Source: Candidatus Thorarchaeota archaeon
Lineage (GTDB): Archaea > Asgardarchaeota > Thorarchaeia > Thorarchaeales > Thorarchaeaceae
DNA length: 64,000 nt
Direction: 5' to 3'
Assembly: GCA_048882325.1 (NCBI GenBank)
Contig: JBHLRS010000006.1
Span: 32,001 to 96,000, forward strand
Shown here: positions 53,708-63,546 of the stretch, one piece after another
Layout of the letters: every line of letters starts with the position of its first letter
Position numbering within the stretch: the stretch's first letter is position 1
The notes under the pieces: model-generated
The model's input: the letters and a program-made list of their open reading frames with translations, nothing else
What the model was told of the DNA's origin: nothing
Databases searched by the model: none
Translations under genes and position numbers: made by a program

Positions 53708-55048
53708 TCACTTCTCAAGGACAATGACTGCCCTCTGAACTACTTGCCCGCGCTTTCTCTCAGGTATCAATTCTCGACTAGGTCTGATTTTCAAGCGTGG
53801 ATCAATATCCCGGTGGGTCATTATCGATTCACCTGGTAGCAGTCGATAGAGTGCTAGTCCCGTGTTTCGAGTTAGGTCGCTGAATTTCACTGATACTGGC
53901 TCAGTTTCTGTACTTATCACTGGAATTGTCATTGCGATACGACCATCTGGTCGTAAGATTTTGGATATTTCACCAAGAACTTGATTGTACAGCTCTGTGA
54001 GCTCCAAGATTGTTTCTTCTGCTTCACTCAACAGAGGTCGTTTCTTGTAAATTGGACCTAAGACCGGTTCAAACGCTACTGCATCTACCTGTTTCTTGAC
54101 AAGTGATGACAGATTCCTAGAGTCACCGACAAAGATGTCATAGTCTAATTTCTCACCCATGTCCTTTGCCAACCACTTGAGGTTGGATCTTGCCCCTTGC
54201 ACTTGGTCGCCGTCAATATCGACACCAATACATTTCATCCCCAACATTGCAGCCTCCATTAGAAGAGTGCCAGTCCCACAGAATGGGTCAATGATTGTGT
54301 CTCCTGACCGTGCTCCTGATAGATTCAACAGAGTCCTGCAGATTTTTGGGCTTGTGCTGATCTCTGCAGAAACAAAAGGTCTTGACTCATCGCGGTACTG
54401 CTGCAACATCGAATCATATACTACATTGGTTCGAGCTATGTAGAGCTTCTTCTCAGAAAAAACAGCTAGAACCTCTGCATTTGGCGGTGTCAACAGGGAA
54501 TTTCTGGCAATAGTCTTTGGCCAGAGGGCAATATTCAACCTCCCCTCTACGCGTCGGTCTGGCTCATCGTAGATGTAGTAGTCAGCTCTCCTTGCACCAT
54601 TTTCGACAAGGAGTTTCTTTACTTGATCATTCATCCCTCTTGAGAATCTCCTGAAGTTAATTGGAAATCTACCTTCGAAGATTGGGTATGTGCTCACACC
54701 GAACCGAATCTTCTTTCCTTTTACTCTAGGCCACACGATCTTCAGCCAGGGGCACTTTCTGATTTCCTTCAGGTCTTCTTTGTTGGTCACCTTCTTTGCT
54801 GGATATGCTCCCAGAGGAAGGTCAATATCATATTCCCAAATGACCTTCCCGATTTTGAATGCTCCACCAAGGGATGATTGCATGTCAACAATCTGGTCAT
54901 TATTCAGACGTTGCTTAATATCGACAAGCGCGGCACTTCTTGAATGGTCTATTAAGATCCCATCATAGCCTCTGTCCTGGATATAGACCAGAAGTTCAGC
55001 AATGCTGAGAAGCCAGTTGGACCCAAGGACAAATGCCAGCTTTGTCAT
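53708..55048 (-). CDS. Trm11/TrmG10-like SAM-dependent (tRNA) methyltransferase
   Basis: RPF..STSPKICRTLLNLS, IIDPFCGTGTLLMEA, IGVDID. Motif IV is atypical (AFEPVLG). Confidence 0.7.
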   Translation of the reverse strand: MTKLAFVLGSNWLLSIAELLVYIQDRGYDGILIDHSRSAALVDIKQRLNNDQIVDMQSSLGGAFKIGKVIWEYDIDLPLGAYPAKKVTNKEDLKEIRKCPWLKIVWPRVKGKKIRFGVSTYPIFEGRFPINFRRFSRGMNDQVKKLLVENGARRADYYIYDEPDRRVEGRLNIALWPKTIARNSLLTPPNAEVLAVFSEKKLYIARTNVVYDSMLQQYRDESRPFVSAEISTSPKICRTLLNLSGARSGDTIIDPFCGTGTLLMEAAMLGMKCIGVDIDGDQVQGARSNLKWLAKDMGEKLDYDIFVGDSRNLSSLVKKQVDAVAFEPVLGPIYKKRPLLSEAEETILELTELYNQVLGEISKILRPDGRIAMTIPVISTETEPVSVKFSDLTRNTGLALYRLLPGESIMTHRDIDPRLKIRPSRELIPERKRGQVVQRAVIVLEK

Positions 55049-55890
55049 CTACTTCCTTTCTCCAGCTCTTCATAGAGAAACTTGGCGTACAGCGCTCCCT
55101 GCAGAGGGTTAGTGGATTCGCTTATGAACGTAGGCCTGTAACCACACTCTCGAGTAACCTCAATCAACGGTAAAATATCCGGTCCCCATTCATCACCAAG
55201 CGGTCGATGTGCGGCTTCTCCTTTTTCCGTGAATGTTATCCCACTGATGTGAAAGTGCATATTGTCTAAGAATAGATCCCCTAGCTCTTCCTCGACATGA
55301 GTGAGAACTTTGAGGAAGCCCGCTTTGTCATTGAGTTCTCCCTGACTTCTGGCATAGAGATGTGCCCAATCTATCGTTGGGATGCATCCATCCACTTCTT
55401 GGCACAATCGTATTATCTGATCTACAGAACCATATGCTGAGAGTTTGCCAGCTGTTTCAGGAGCCAGAAGGACACCTTCTCCCTGATCACCTGCAGTTTC
55501 CCAAACTGCCTGCAGTGCATCTCTGATTACAACATGCGCCTCCTTGTTGCTAAGGCCACCTAGATATCCCGGATGGAACACAATCCGTTTTACGTTCATT
55601 GAAGGTGCAAATCTTAGAGCCTTCACCAGTCTTTCTTTTGATGCTTCTCTTATACGCTGAGTTTTCGATGCGATACTGATGTAGTAAGCTGCATGCAAGC
55701 TCATCGAGATTCCTGTTTCTCTGGCCAAATCGCCAATTAGCTTGGCCTTCTCCTCTTTTGTCCGCAATCCATGAACAGCTGCATACTCGAGTGCATCCAA
55801 GCCAGTTTCTTTCAAAATCTGGAAGACACGTTTCACATTACCTCGCGCCTCACTTGGATAACCTGCTGTACCAAAGAGGATTTTCTTCAT
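55045..55890 (-). CDS. Endonuclease IV-like (AP endonuclease family 2) TIM-barrel protein
   Basis: FGTAGYP, SLHAAYYI, VFHPG, PETAGK, IDWAHLYAR, HFHISGI, ISES. Start moved to ATG 55890. Confidence 0.88.
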   Translation of the reverse strand: MKKILFGTAGYPSEARGNVKRVFQILKETGLDALEYAAVHGLRTKEEKAKLIGDLARETGISMSLHAAYYISIASKTQRIREASKERLVKALRFAPSMNVKRIVFHPGYLGGLSNKEAHVVIRDALQAVWETAGDQGEGVLLAPETAGKLSAYGSVDQIIRLCQEVDGCIPTIDWAHLYARSQGELNDKAGFLKVLTHVEEELGDLFLDNMHFHISGITFTEKGEAAHRPLGDEWGPDILPLIEVTRECGYRPTFISESTNPLQGALYAKFLYEELEKGSR

Positions 55891-55994
55891 TTCTTTTCCA
55901 CTTTGACCCTCGCAAAAGGGATACAATATGAGTGATTGGGTGTGGCGACTGGTGTCCACAAGTCTTTAATTGAAGAGGTCTCTCGAGAGCTTGG

Positions 55995-56948
55995 TTGGAC
56001 TGCGAAATGACAGAATCGATGACTGAACCAGCTAGTTCCAAGCGCTTCTACCCCATGGCTTGGCTCTCAATTATCAGACCGCAGAACTGTTTCATTGGAG
56101 GACTGAGCGTCATCGCAGGTGTAGCAATGGCGTATAACATAGCTGCAGTCAGCACAATATCTGTTCACATCCCTCTGTTCATCTACGGATATATCACCTA
56201 CTTCTTTGTAGCAGCAGGAGGAAATGTCGTCAATGATATCTTTGATGTAGAGGTCGATAAAATTAATCGTCCACATAGGGCTCTCCCAAGCGGGCGAATG
56301 ACGATAAGACAGGCGTGGGCATATGTAGCATTTCTAAGTTTTGTAGGTCTTCTATTTGCTTTACTTACTGGTATATACAGTGCTCTCATTGTACTGTGTT
56401 TCCTGATTATCGGTTATGTATATGCAGCGAAAGTGAAGACACTCGGACTTGCAGGAAATTTCATGGTCGCATTTTCATTTGCTTTCGGAATACTTTATGG
56501 TGCTTTTGCTTATGCTGAAACTGTCGGATTCATCCTCACATGGGATATAATTCCAATACCCAATTGGCTATTCTTTTTCACAGCGTTCCTAATCCTTCAG
56601 GCTCGTGAAACCATCAAAGGTGCCGAGGATGTTGAGGGTGACCGAGCTCGAGATGTGCAAACAATTGCCAGAGTGTACGGATACCGAGCTGCTGCAGGTG
56701 TAGCTGCAGCACTCAACTTCATTGGTGTTATCAGTTACGTGTTGATTTGGATAATGGGATATGCCAGTTGGGATCTGTGGATTCTTCTAGTACTCGGTTC
56801 GGGAATTGTCCTTGGAGCTGGTGTTGCTCCACTCACAGGACCTGATAGCAAACGATCTCTCTTGATAGGAAGTACTTTGGACAAGATTGGTGCGCTGGTG
56901 GGTCTGATAACCTTTGTAATCATTCCCCTCTATGAGATTCTTCTCTAG
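55995..56948 (+). CDS. UbiA-family prenyltransferase, digeranylgeranylglyceryl phosphate synthase-like
   Basis: IRPQN, NDIFDVEVDKINRPHRALPSG, RETIKGAEDVEGD, multiple TM helices. Confidence 0.85.
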   Translation: MDCEMTESMTEPASSKRFYPMAWLSIIRPQNCFIGGLSVIAGVAMAYNIAAVSTISVHIPLFIYGYITYFFVAAGGNVVNDIFDVEVDKINRPHRALPSGRMTIRQAWAYVAFLSFVGLLFALLTGIYSALIVLCFLIIGYVYAAKVKTLGLAGNFMVAFSFAFGILYGAFAYAETVGFILTWDIIPIPNWLFFFTAFLILQARETIKGAEDVEGDRARDVQTIARVYGYRAAAGVAAALNFIGVISYVLIWIMGYASWDLWILLVLGSGIVLGAGVAPLTGPDSKRSLLIGSTLDKIGALVGLITFVIIPLYEILL

Positions 56949-57778
56949 TGTACCTGCCAAAATGTCCACAATAACACAATCACACACGCAATTGAGACTA
57001 GCGTCGCCCACACTGTCGAAGTGTCATGTGCCTCTCGGATTCCGAAAATCAATAGATATCCGGTCCACAAGAACGCTCCTGTCATCAAATAGTCTAAGGT
57101 CGTCCAAATAGTTGACGTATACGCCCAATCTACAACGGTTGGGGTCAGAGCCGCAAGAGACCCTGAATCAAATGGGACTATATCCGGATATGCCGGCATG
57201 GCGATGAGAACGACGAGAAGTGAAAACAATCGCACGAGGATTACTGGCATCATGCTATACCCAATCACCGACAAAGTTTTCAGCTTACTTCCTGTGCCAC
57301 CAGTCAGCTTGAAAGCAAAGTGAGCAAACGCTGTTCCAACAACCAAGTAGATTAGTCCAATCATGATACTTGGCATTATTCCCACCAGACCAACCACCCA
57401 GTTCATGCCTCCCTGCGGACTGAACAACAAATTAGCTGGACCAATCTCACCACTGGTTGCATTCACTATGACCAATGTTGTGACCTTTGAGGACAAAGAA
57501 AGAAACAGTCCTGCGATGATCAGCGCATTAATCACGATTATCAAGAATGGTCCTGCAGCATCAGGTCTTTGTCCTATATCCCGATAGGTGGGGGCCGGTC
57601 TCCTGATTACGCCCCACATCCTCTCAGTAGCGCTCATGAACTTGACATCTGGAGACTCCGGACGTTTCAGAATGGGTAGAATCCGTTCGAGAGTCTCCTC
57701 TGCAATTGTTTCCTTACAGACTGGACAGATAGTTGCATCAGCCGGGACTGGGCTGTCGCAGAATTCACAGCGCCGCAC
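56945..57778 (-). CDS. Yip1-domain membrane protein with N-terminal zinc ribbon
   Basis: CEFC..CPVC, GVIRRPAPTYRDI, HFAFKLTGGTG..TLSVIGYSMMP, IFGIREAH, about 5 TM. Confidence 0.8.
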   Translation of the reverse strand: MRRCEFCDSPVPADATICPVCKETIAEETLERILPILKRPESPDVKFMSATERMWGVIRRPAPTYRDIGQRPDAAGPFLIIVINALIIAGLFLSLSSKVTTLVIVNATSGEIGPANLLFSPQGGMNWVVGLVGIMPSIMIGLIYLVVGTAFAHFAFKLTGGTGSKLKTLSVIGYSMMPVILVRLFSLLVVLIAMPAYPDIVPFDSGSLAALTPTVVDWAYTSTIWTTLDYLMTGAFLWTGYLLIFGIREAHDTSTVWATLVSIACVIVLLWTFWQVH

Positions 57779-57859
57779 GATTCATCATCTCTTAGTGGTG
57801 GACGTACAGGATAGAATGATGCGGCTGTCTATTTAAGCGAATTCCGGTTGGCCATTGTT

Positions 57860-58480
57860 TCACCACATTCCAAAGCTCTTGAAGATGCCTGTTCTATGTA
57901 CAATGATGAATGGAACTAATGCATCCCACAGACTTTGGAACGCATTCAGAATAATTGCGTAACCAAGAATGAATTCTACAGTGAAGAATGGTGCTGCTAT
58001 GCTCCAGTATATCAAATTCGTTGGAATCATTATCAAAAGTCGAAGGATGAAAGCTGTGAGCATTAATGTGGTATAGAATCTTAGCTTGGAAAGTGATATA
58101 CCTCGTGCCTCAGCTCCTAACCTGCGAACACCAAACCAAGGTACGAGTATCATTGGCAATGTAGCTAATAACTTGAATACAGGTCCAATTGCTGTTGGGT
58201 CATAAAGGAATAGACCAAAAGTACCAGCAAAGGCACTTATAATACCCACCCAATAACCTCCGAGTAGAAATGATACAATCCAGAAAATAGACACAGGATC
58301 AAAGAGGGCAATACCCCATCCAGGAATCCTTGGGATAACGGATGCTATTGGGGCAACAGCAATCGAGAGCGACGCCAAAACACTCGCTGTGACAATCTGT
58401 TTAACTCTCTCTGCGCTTTCAGATGTCTTTACAAAGTCCATACTCTCAGATGTTTCATCGTCGAACCTCTGTTCAGCCAT
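57860..58480 (-). CDS. ECF-transporter S-component-like membrane protein
   Basis: About 6 TM, FDPVSIFWIVSFLLGGYWVG pattern. Start moved to ATG 58480. Confidence 0.6.
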   Translation of the reverse strand: MAEQRFDDETSESMDFVKTSESAERVKQIVTASVLASLSIAVAPIASVIPRIPGWGIALFDPVSIFWIVSFLLGGYWVGIISAFAGTFGLFLYDPTAIGPVFKLLATLPMILVPWFGVRRLGAEARGISLSKLRFYTTLMLTAFILRLLIMIPTNLIYWSIAAPFFTVEFILGYAIILNAFQSLWDALVPFIIVHRTGIFKSFGMW

Positions 58481-58586
58481 TCTCGATTCCCCTTGGGTGC
58501 TTATGTCTACCATACTGGTGCAGCCCAATATGTCCACTTATTAATGTACCCATAAAACACTACCTACTCATATTTGAGTAAGTTTA

Positions 58587-59042
58587 CTATGTCGAGTCTT
58601 CCAACAGTCTCTCATCTTTTCTATGAAAATCATCTGATGAGGCGGGTTTGAACTTTGGTCTTCTCATCATCTGCAGTAATTTCCGTGTGGGCTCTAACCA
58701 GTCTGGGTTTATTCTCCATTCTGCCCAATCAATACCTGATGTGAGTGAAGTCCTACTCAAAATGAGACGTGATGCCACAAGCTCGTTCATTCCGTTTAGC
58801 ATTGTACCAATAGTCACTGCACCAACAATAGGTCGCTCCCGTCGGGCCGCTCTCAAGAGGTCTGCAGTCGTTACCCAGTTTCCATCCTCAATAAGGACCT
58901 TCAATACCCTAGACCTTACAGGGTCTGACTCTAAAGCTCCTTTCAGCGGGGCAAGGTTGATTGGTTGGAGTCGTCGTGTGGCTGATTCAGGTCGGGACCA
59001 CGCATCATGATCATGTCCGTTATGGAATGAACTAAAGTCCAT
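58587..59042 (-). CDS. Hypothetical protein, probable winged helix
   Basis: DPVRSRVLKVL..WVTTADLL..EWRINPDW pattern. Confidence 0.6.
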   Translation of the reverse strand: MDFSSFHNGHDHDAWSRPESATRRLQPINLAPLKGALESDPVRSRVLKVLIEDGNWVTTADLLRAARRERPIVGAVTIGTMLNGMNELVASRLILSRTSLTSGIDWAEWRINPDWLEPTRKLLQMMRRPKFKPASSDDFHRKDERLLEDST

Positions 59043-59104
59043 ACTATTGCACCATCATAGACTCGAGTCTAAGGCTTTTGAAACACAGTATTATCCCAAA
59101 AATC

Positions 59105-59136
59105 GGTTGTGCGAATACATTGCACAACCCTTTAAA
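59105..59136 (+). promoter_or_regulatory. Palindromic operator next to a TATA-like box
   Basis: ggttgtgc-N9-gcacaacc (59105-59129), then tttaaa (59131-59136), about 30 nt before the regulator ATG. Confidence 0.65.
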
Positions 59137-59165
59137 GTATCTGTTCTCATGTTCAGGCGATTGCG

Positions 59166-59543
59166 ATGAGTCTAAGGGAGCCTATTATTGGATTGTTTTC
59201 CAAGAACTTCGAAAAACCGTCCGATCTTCTGTGCTGCGCATTTGGTCTTCGAAACAGTGAGATTGATACATATTTCTCATTGATTTCAGGTCCAAAGACA
59301 GTAGAGCAGATTAGTGAGATCATTGACAAGGACAGAAGTACAGTCCAACGTGTTTTGAATAAGCTTCACAAGAAGAACCTAGTTGAACGAGAGACTCACT
59401 ACATTGAGAGGGGTGGATATTTCTACGAATACAGTGCCAAATCTACTGATGAGGTACGAAAGGAAATTCTGGCTCAACTTGATGAATGGTATGAAGCAAC
59501 CAAAAGCTTCTTGTTACAGAGCTGGCCGCGAACGCCTCAGTAA
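59166..59543 (+). CDS. TrmB-like/COG3355-type HTH transcriptional regulator
   Basis: DLLCCAFGL, TVEQISEIIDKDRSTVQRVLNKL, GGYFYEY. Confidence 0.85.
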   Translation: MSLREPIIGLFSKNFEKPSDLLCCAFGLRNSEIDTYFSLISGPKTVEQISEIIDKDRSTVQRVLNKLHKKNLVERETHYIERGGYFYEYSAKSTDEVRKEILAQLDEWYEATKSFLLQSWPRTPQ

Positions 59544-59552
59544 TGCTACAAC

Positions 59553-60140
59553 ATGAGGCTGGGTCTGATGTCACTCGTCCCAATACGATCAAACACTGTT
59601 ACGGTCACGACGCTAGCAATCATAGCGGCGTTGGGAATTGTTGTAAGATATGCAATTCAAATCCCAGTAATCCCGAATGTGGTAGTTCTTACACCTGGAT
59701 TCATATTCTCTATTCTTGGTGGTGTTATCGGAGGTATACCGGGAGGAGCTCTCATCGGGGCCATCGTAGGAATTTCTGGAGCGTTGTCTGGTACTGAGAT
59801 TCCTATCCTGCCGATGTTTGGGAACGTATGTTTGGGTATTGGGTCAGGCTATGCAATCTATTTCTCCAAACGTGACAATTTGAAGTACTATATTCTAGTT
59901 GTCCTTGGAAGCGGCCTCATTGGGGGATTCATTCCCACTATGACTGTCTTTTACTCACTAATTGATCCGCTTGTTGTGAACATCATTGCTGCGTCAATTG
60001 ATATGGCACAGGCTTTTCTCTGGGCCATTGTTGCTCTAATTGTTGAAAAGAAAATCGTTCGACCTATATCTGGTCACTATCTCTATTCAGAAGTAGAGAT
60101 TCAAGAACTATCTGAACAGGATGTTAGTAAAAATGAATGA
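59553..60140 (+). CDS. ECF-transporter S-component-like membrane protein
   Basis: TLAIIAALGIV..IPV..PG..GVIGGIPGGALIGAIVG pattern, about 6 TM. Its stop overlaps the hypB start. Confidence 0.7.
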   Translation: MRLGLMSLVPIRSNTVTVTTLAIIAALGIVVRYAIQIPVIPNVVVLTPGFIFSILGGVIGGIPGGALIGAIVGISGALSGTEIPILPMFGNVCLGIGSGYAIYFSKRDNLKYYILVVLGSGLIGGFIPTMTVFYSLIDPLVVNIIAASIDMAQAFLWAIVALIVEKKIVRPISGHYLYSEVEIQELSEQDVSKNE

Positions 60141-60798
60141 ATCAGAAGATGGGAGTAGAACTGTCAGCATCGACATTCGAAAAGACCTCTTTGGAGCGAA
60201 TGAGAATGCAGCAGCTCTAAATGCAGAGACCTTCAAAGAACACGGCATTGTCGCAATTGACATTATGGGGTCTGTTGGTACAGGTAAGACGCAGTTAATT
60301 GAATCACTCTGCGAACATCTGAGAGACAAGTATCGCATCCTCATGTTTGCTGGAGACCTTGCAACCACTATCGATGCAGATCGCGTAGCATCACATGGAG
60401 TAGATACGATTCAGATTAACACCGGCACGGCTTGTCACTTGGATGCTAGAATGATCAAGGTAGCACTCCAGAAGGTGAATCTTGCAAACTATCAAGTTGT
60501 CTTTATTGAGAATGTCGGAAACCTAATCTGCCCTGCTGGGTATTCACTGGGTGTTGACAAGAAAATCGTTGTAGTGAGTGTTACAGAAGGTCCCTACATG
60601 GTCCGTAAACACCCACTCACAATAAAGCATGCGGACATGGTCATCATCAATAAGATTGACCTTGCGGATGCTTTGGAGTTTGACATTGATGCACTCGAGA
60701 AAGACATTCGTGAAGTGGATGCAAACATTCCCGTCTTTCGTGTAAGCTCCAAGACTGGGGATGGTATTGACAAACTGATCACAGCCCTGAACCTCTGA
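60133..60798 (+). CDS. hypB: Hydrogenase nickel-incorporation GTPase HypB
   Basis: MGSVGTGKT, QINTGTACHLDA, FIENVGNLICPA, SVTEG..KHP, INKIDL. Confidence 0.93.
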   Translation: MNESEDGSRTVSIDIRKDLFGANENAAALNAETFKEHGIVAIDIMGSVGTGKTQLIESLCEHLRDKYRILMFAGDLATTIDADRVASHGVDTIQINTGTACHLDARMIKVALQKVNLANYQVVFIENVGNLICPAGYSLGVDKKIVVVSVTEGPYMVRKHPLTIKHADMVIINKIDLADALEFDIDALEKDIREVDANIPVFRVSSKTGDGIDKLITALNL

Positions 60799-61459
60799 GG
60801 AGATTTGCAAGAGCCACCTTCACACCCTGTATGTGTCCTGCCCCCAGAACTGCTACAATCTTCCCTTCAACGTCATTCAGTATAAACTGCAGAGCGTTTG
60901 CCACATATTGGTCTCTCTGTTCAATGAGTACGTTAGCCAAACCAGGGAATTCCGACCTAAACTGTTCTATTAAGTCGTCAACCGCCCCCTCCTCTTTCAG
61001 CATGGCGAATATGTCACTGGCGCTCCCATCTTCGATATCCTTTGTTGCATCTGGCAACATACTAGTTAGTTTGTAAATCTCATCAACAGAAACCTGCAAT
61101 ATGGCTTGGACAGTCGCCGTCATTGGTCTGTCCACAAGTGCTATCTTAGCTCCAATGGCTCTTCCTTCCTCTATTGCAGCGAGCATCTCATCTCCCACAT
61201 CGGATCCAGTAATATCACCCAAGCTCTTCTCCAACAAAGCAAGCTGTTGCATCAGATCCTGTGCCATGTCTCCCAAACCTGGTGTCACTATCTCTCCCTC
61301 TTCAGGTGGGTTCATCAATTGATGATATCTATCGTGATCCAGCTCAACTGCAACAACATCTGGTTTGGTTTCCCTTACAACACGTCGCGCCTCTTCCACA
61401 CTTTCAAGGTCGGTATGTATCACTGAAACGAATACTATCCGTTCTGATTCACCTACCAC
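60779..61459 (-). CDS. TraB/TraB-domain (GumN superfamily) protein
   Basis: KPDVVAVELD, GDEMLAA, LVDRP, LIEQRDQY, VAVLGAGH. Confidence 0.85.
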   Translation of the reverse strand: MVGESERIVFVSVIHTDLESVEEARRVVRETKPDVVAVELDHDRYHQLMNPPEEGEIVTPGLGDMAQDLMQQLALLEKSLGDITGSDVGDEMLAAIEEGRAIGAKIALVDRPMTATVQAILQVSVDEIYKLTSMLPDATKDIEDGSASDIFAMLKEEGAVDDLIEQFRSEFPGLANVLIEQRDQYVANALQFILNDVEGKIVAVLGAGHIQGVKVALANLLRGSGL

Positions 61460-61651
61460 TTAGAGACACGCTCAACGTATGATAAACACACCTAGATATC
61501 ACCTTTTTGTAGAGTGAATTTCAATAGTAAACGTTTATTGGTGGATGAAGTTTCTCTTGGCCCTGTAGCACCTGAGTAGTATTAAGAGAAGGTTTTTCAC
61601 AAACCTAGCGTGTACTACAGACATGCATTTCAAGGGAGTAGGAAGAGAAGC

Positions 61652-62002
61652 ATGACATCTGACTTGGAATTAGCATTTGCTAAGCTTATGAATCCACGAA
61701 TGAGTGCGGGATTGATGGTCCTTCATAGTCTATTGGAGGACCTTAAAGGAAGTCCAGTAGAACCCCGAGAGGTTCGCAAAGCAGTTGACAATCGCATTGA
61801 TAAACGAAGAGTATCAAAGCAATCTATTACAAACGCTGCAAGACGACTCGAAGAAGCAAATATCATAAGTAGGAAAGAAAACCGGTATACGGTGAATTAT
61901 GGGTATCTGATCTCAGTATTACTCAACACACTCCTCGAGATGACCCATCGTATAGAGGATCTCGAGGATGAGATACTTGCATTGAAATCGATTGAAAGAT
62001 AA
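61652..62002 (+). CDS. Hypothetical winged-helix protein with C-terminal coiled coil
   Basis: VSKQSITNAARRLEEANII..YTVN and a heptad tail. ATG 61652 is the likely start. Confidence 0.65.
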   Translation: MTSDLELAFAKLMNPRMSAGLMVLHSLLEDLKGSPVEPREVRKAVDNRIDKRRVSKQSITNAARRLEEANIISRKENRYTVNYGYLISVLLNTLLEMTHRIEDLEDEILALKSIER

Positions 62003-62147
62003 TCCTTTGGTCCAACACTTCCTATTCCTAAATGGCAAGAATCTCCACTGGCGGTAGACGTCAGTAATATCCCCGTTTATCTTATATTTACCAATGCTGT
62101 CTAGAATAAGACCCACAACCCCCCGTTGTGGTTCGGAGGAAAGACAT

Positions 62148-62519
62148 ATGTCTGGTAAACCAACCGGAGTTCTACTATTAGCAATTCTTCAGCTCATCGG
62201 AGCATTGTTGAATCTAGCAGCAGGAGCTTTACTACTGATGGTGGCACTGGAAATAGGTTTCCTTGCCATATTTGCAGCATTTCCAGCCCTAATCCTATTC
62301 ATCGTAGGATTGATAGGATTGATACTCTTCTACGGGCTATACACCCTGAAGGGTTGGGCGTGGCTATGGGCACTAATCTTTAACCTGCTTGCTGTCTTAG
62401 GTGGCATATTGCAGGGTGCTGACCTCATGGCCAACTACGTTGCATTAGGCGGGTTCATAGTTAGCTTGATAGTTTTCATCTATCTAATATTGCCCTCCAC
62501 CAGAGCTCACTTCAGGTGA
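62148..62519 (+). CDS. Small 4-TM membrane protein
   Basis: SD ggagga before ATG 62148. KPTGVLLLAIL..YGLYTLKGWAW..IYL..P..RAHF. Confidence 0.8.
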   Translation: MSGKPTGVLLLAILQLIGALLNLAAGALLLMVALEIGFLAIFAAFPALILFIVGLIGLILFYGLYTLKGWAWLWALIFNLLAVLGGILQGADLMANYVALGGFIVSLIVFIYLILPSTRAHFR

Positions 62520-62528
62520 GATTAGTCC

Positions 62529-62575
62529 GAAGTTCTGAATAGGCGACTATTCAGAACTTCTTTCCTCTTTTTTTT
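62529..62575 (+). terminator. Perfect 14-bp stem with GCGA tetraloop followed by a T-tract
   Basis: gaagttctgaatag-gcga-ctattcagaacttc, then tttcctctttttttt. Confidence 0.85.
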
Positions 62576-62643
62576 CAGTTTGTCAGTTTCTAGATGAGTA
62601 TCTTTAAGACTCTGGACTATTTGACCATCAACGAGGTGTCTAG

Positions 62644-63546
62644 GTGAAGCTATCAAAGGACGCTTTCAAAAAGGCTGAAGATTTCATATATTCCAACGCT
62701 AGGGACCTTGACATCCGACTCTTTGAACATCATTTCAAGGACACCCCAAAAGATGATGTGCTCGGAGAGTTAGAAAAATTCCAGAACCAAGATGGTGGTT
62801 TTGGTAAAGCAATCGAACCTGACTTTAGGCTTGTAGAATCATCCACCATGGCCACCTCTGTCGGACTACAGTATTGCATTGAAGTAAACGCCAAGTCGAA
62901 GGATGAAATCATCAGCAATGCAATGAACTACCTCTCAAGTACCTACGATGTTGAAGATAGTTATTGGCCACAAACACCGCTAAGCGTCAATGATGCGCCA
63001 CACGCGCCTTGGTGGCATATAGAAGAAATCAAACCACCAGCTGAGAGTTCATGGGCAAATCCTAATGCGGAATTACTTGGATATCTCCATCGATATCATG
63101 AGCACGTTCCAAACGAAATACTTGTGAGTGCAAGGAAGCGAGCTCTTGAAAACTTGAAAAACATCGATACTATCCAAAGTCTATACAGTTTCATGTGTTG
63201 GGAACGAGCATATCGATTGGTTCCTGAACCACTTAGCTCACTCATCGCTGAGAAACTCGCAACGACTCTCAAGACATTTGAACCTAAACCTGATGCTCTT
63301 GGAGAGATCAGAGTGTTCTGGATTGCGCCTAACCAGGACTCGTTCCTACTACGGTTTCCTGGTTATGTGTACTGGCTTTATGACCGAGAGATAGAGGAAC
63401 AATCTGAGGATGGTGGATGGAGACCTACGTGGAAGTGGGGTCAATATGAGGATGTCTGGCCTATAGCAGAAAAGGAGTGGGCTGGAAAGATAACTGTCAA
63501 TGGTTTGATTGCTATGGATAAATTCAACATAATCGAATCATCTTAA
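62644..63546 (+). CDS. Prenyltransferase/squalene-cyclase repeat (alpha-alpha barrel) hypothetical protein
   Basis: FQNQDGGFG and QSEDGGW repeats, NARDLD, EPDFR, PHAPWW. SD gaggtg upstream. Confidence 0.7.
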   Translation: MKLSKDAFKKAEDFIYSNARDLDIRLFEHHFKDTPKDDVLGELEKFQNQDGGFGKAIEPDFRLVESSTMATSVGLQYCIEVNAKSKDEIISNAMNYLSSTYDVEDSYWPQTPLSVNDAPHAPWWHIEEIKPPAESSWANPNAELLGYLHRYHEHVPNEILVSARKRALENLKNIDTIQSLYSFMCWERAYRLVPEPLSSLIAEKLATTLKTFEPKPDALGEIRVFWIAPNQDSFLLRFPGYVYWLYDREIEEQSEDGGWRPTWKWGQYEDVWPIAEKEWAGKITVNGLIAMDKFNIIESS

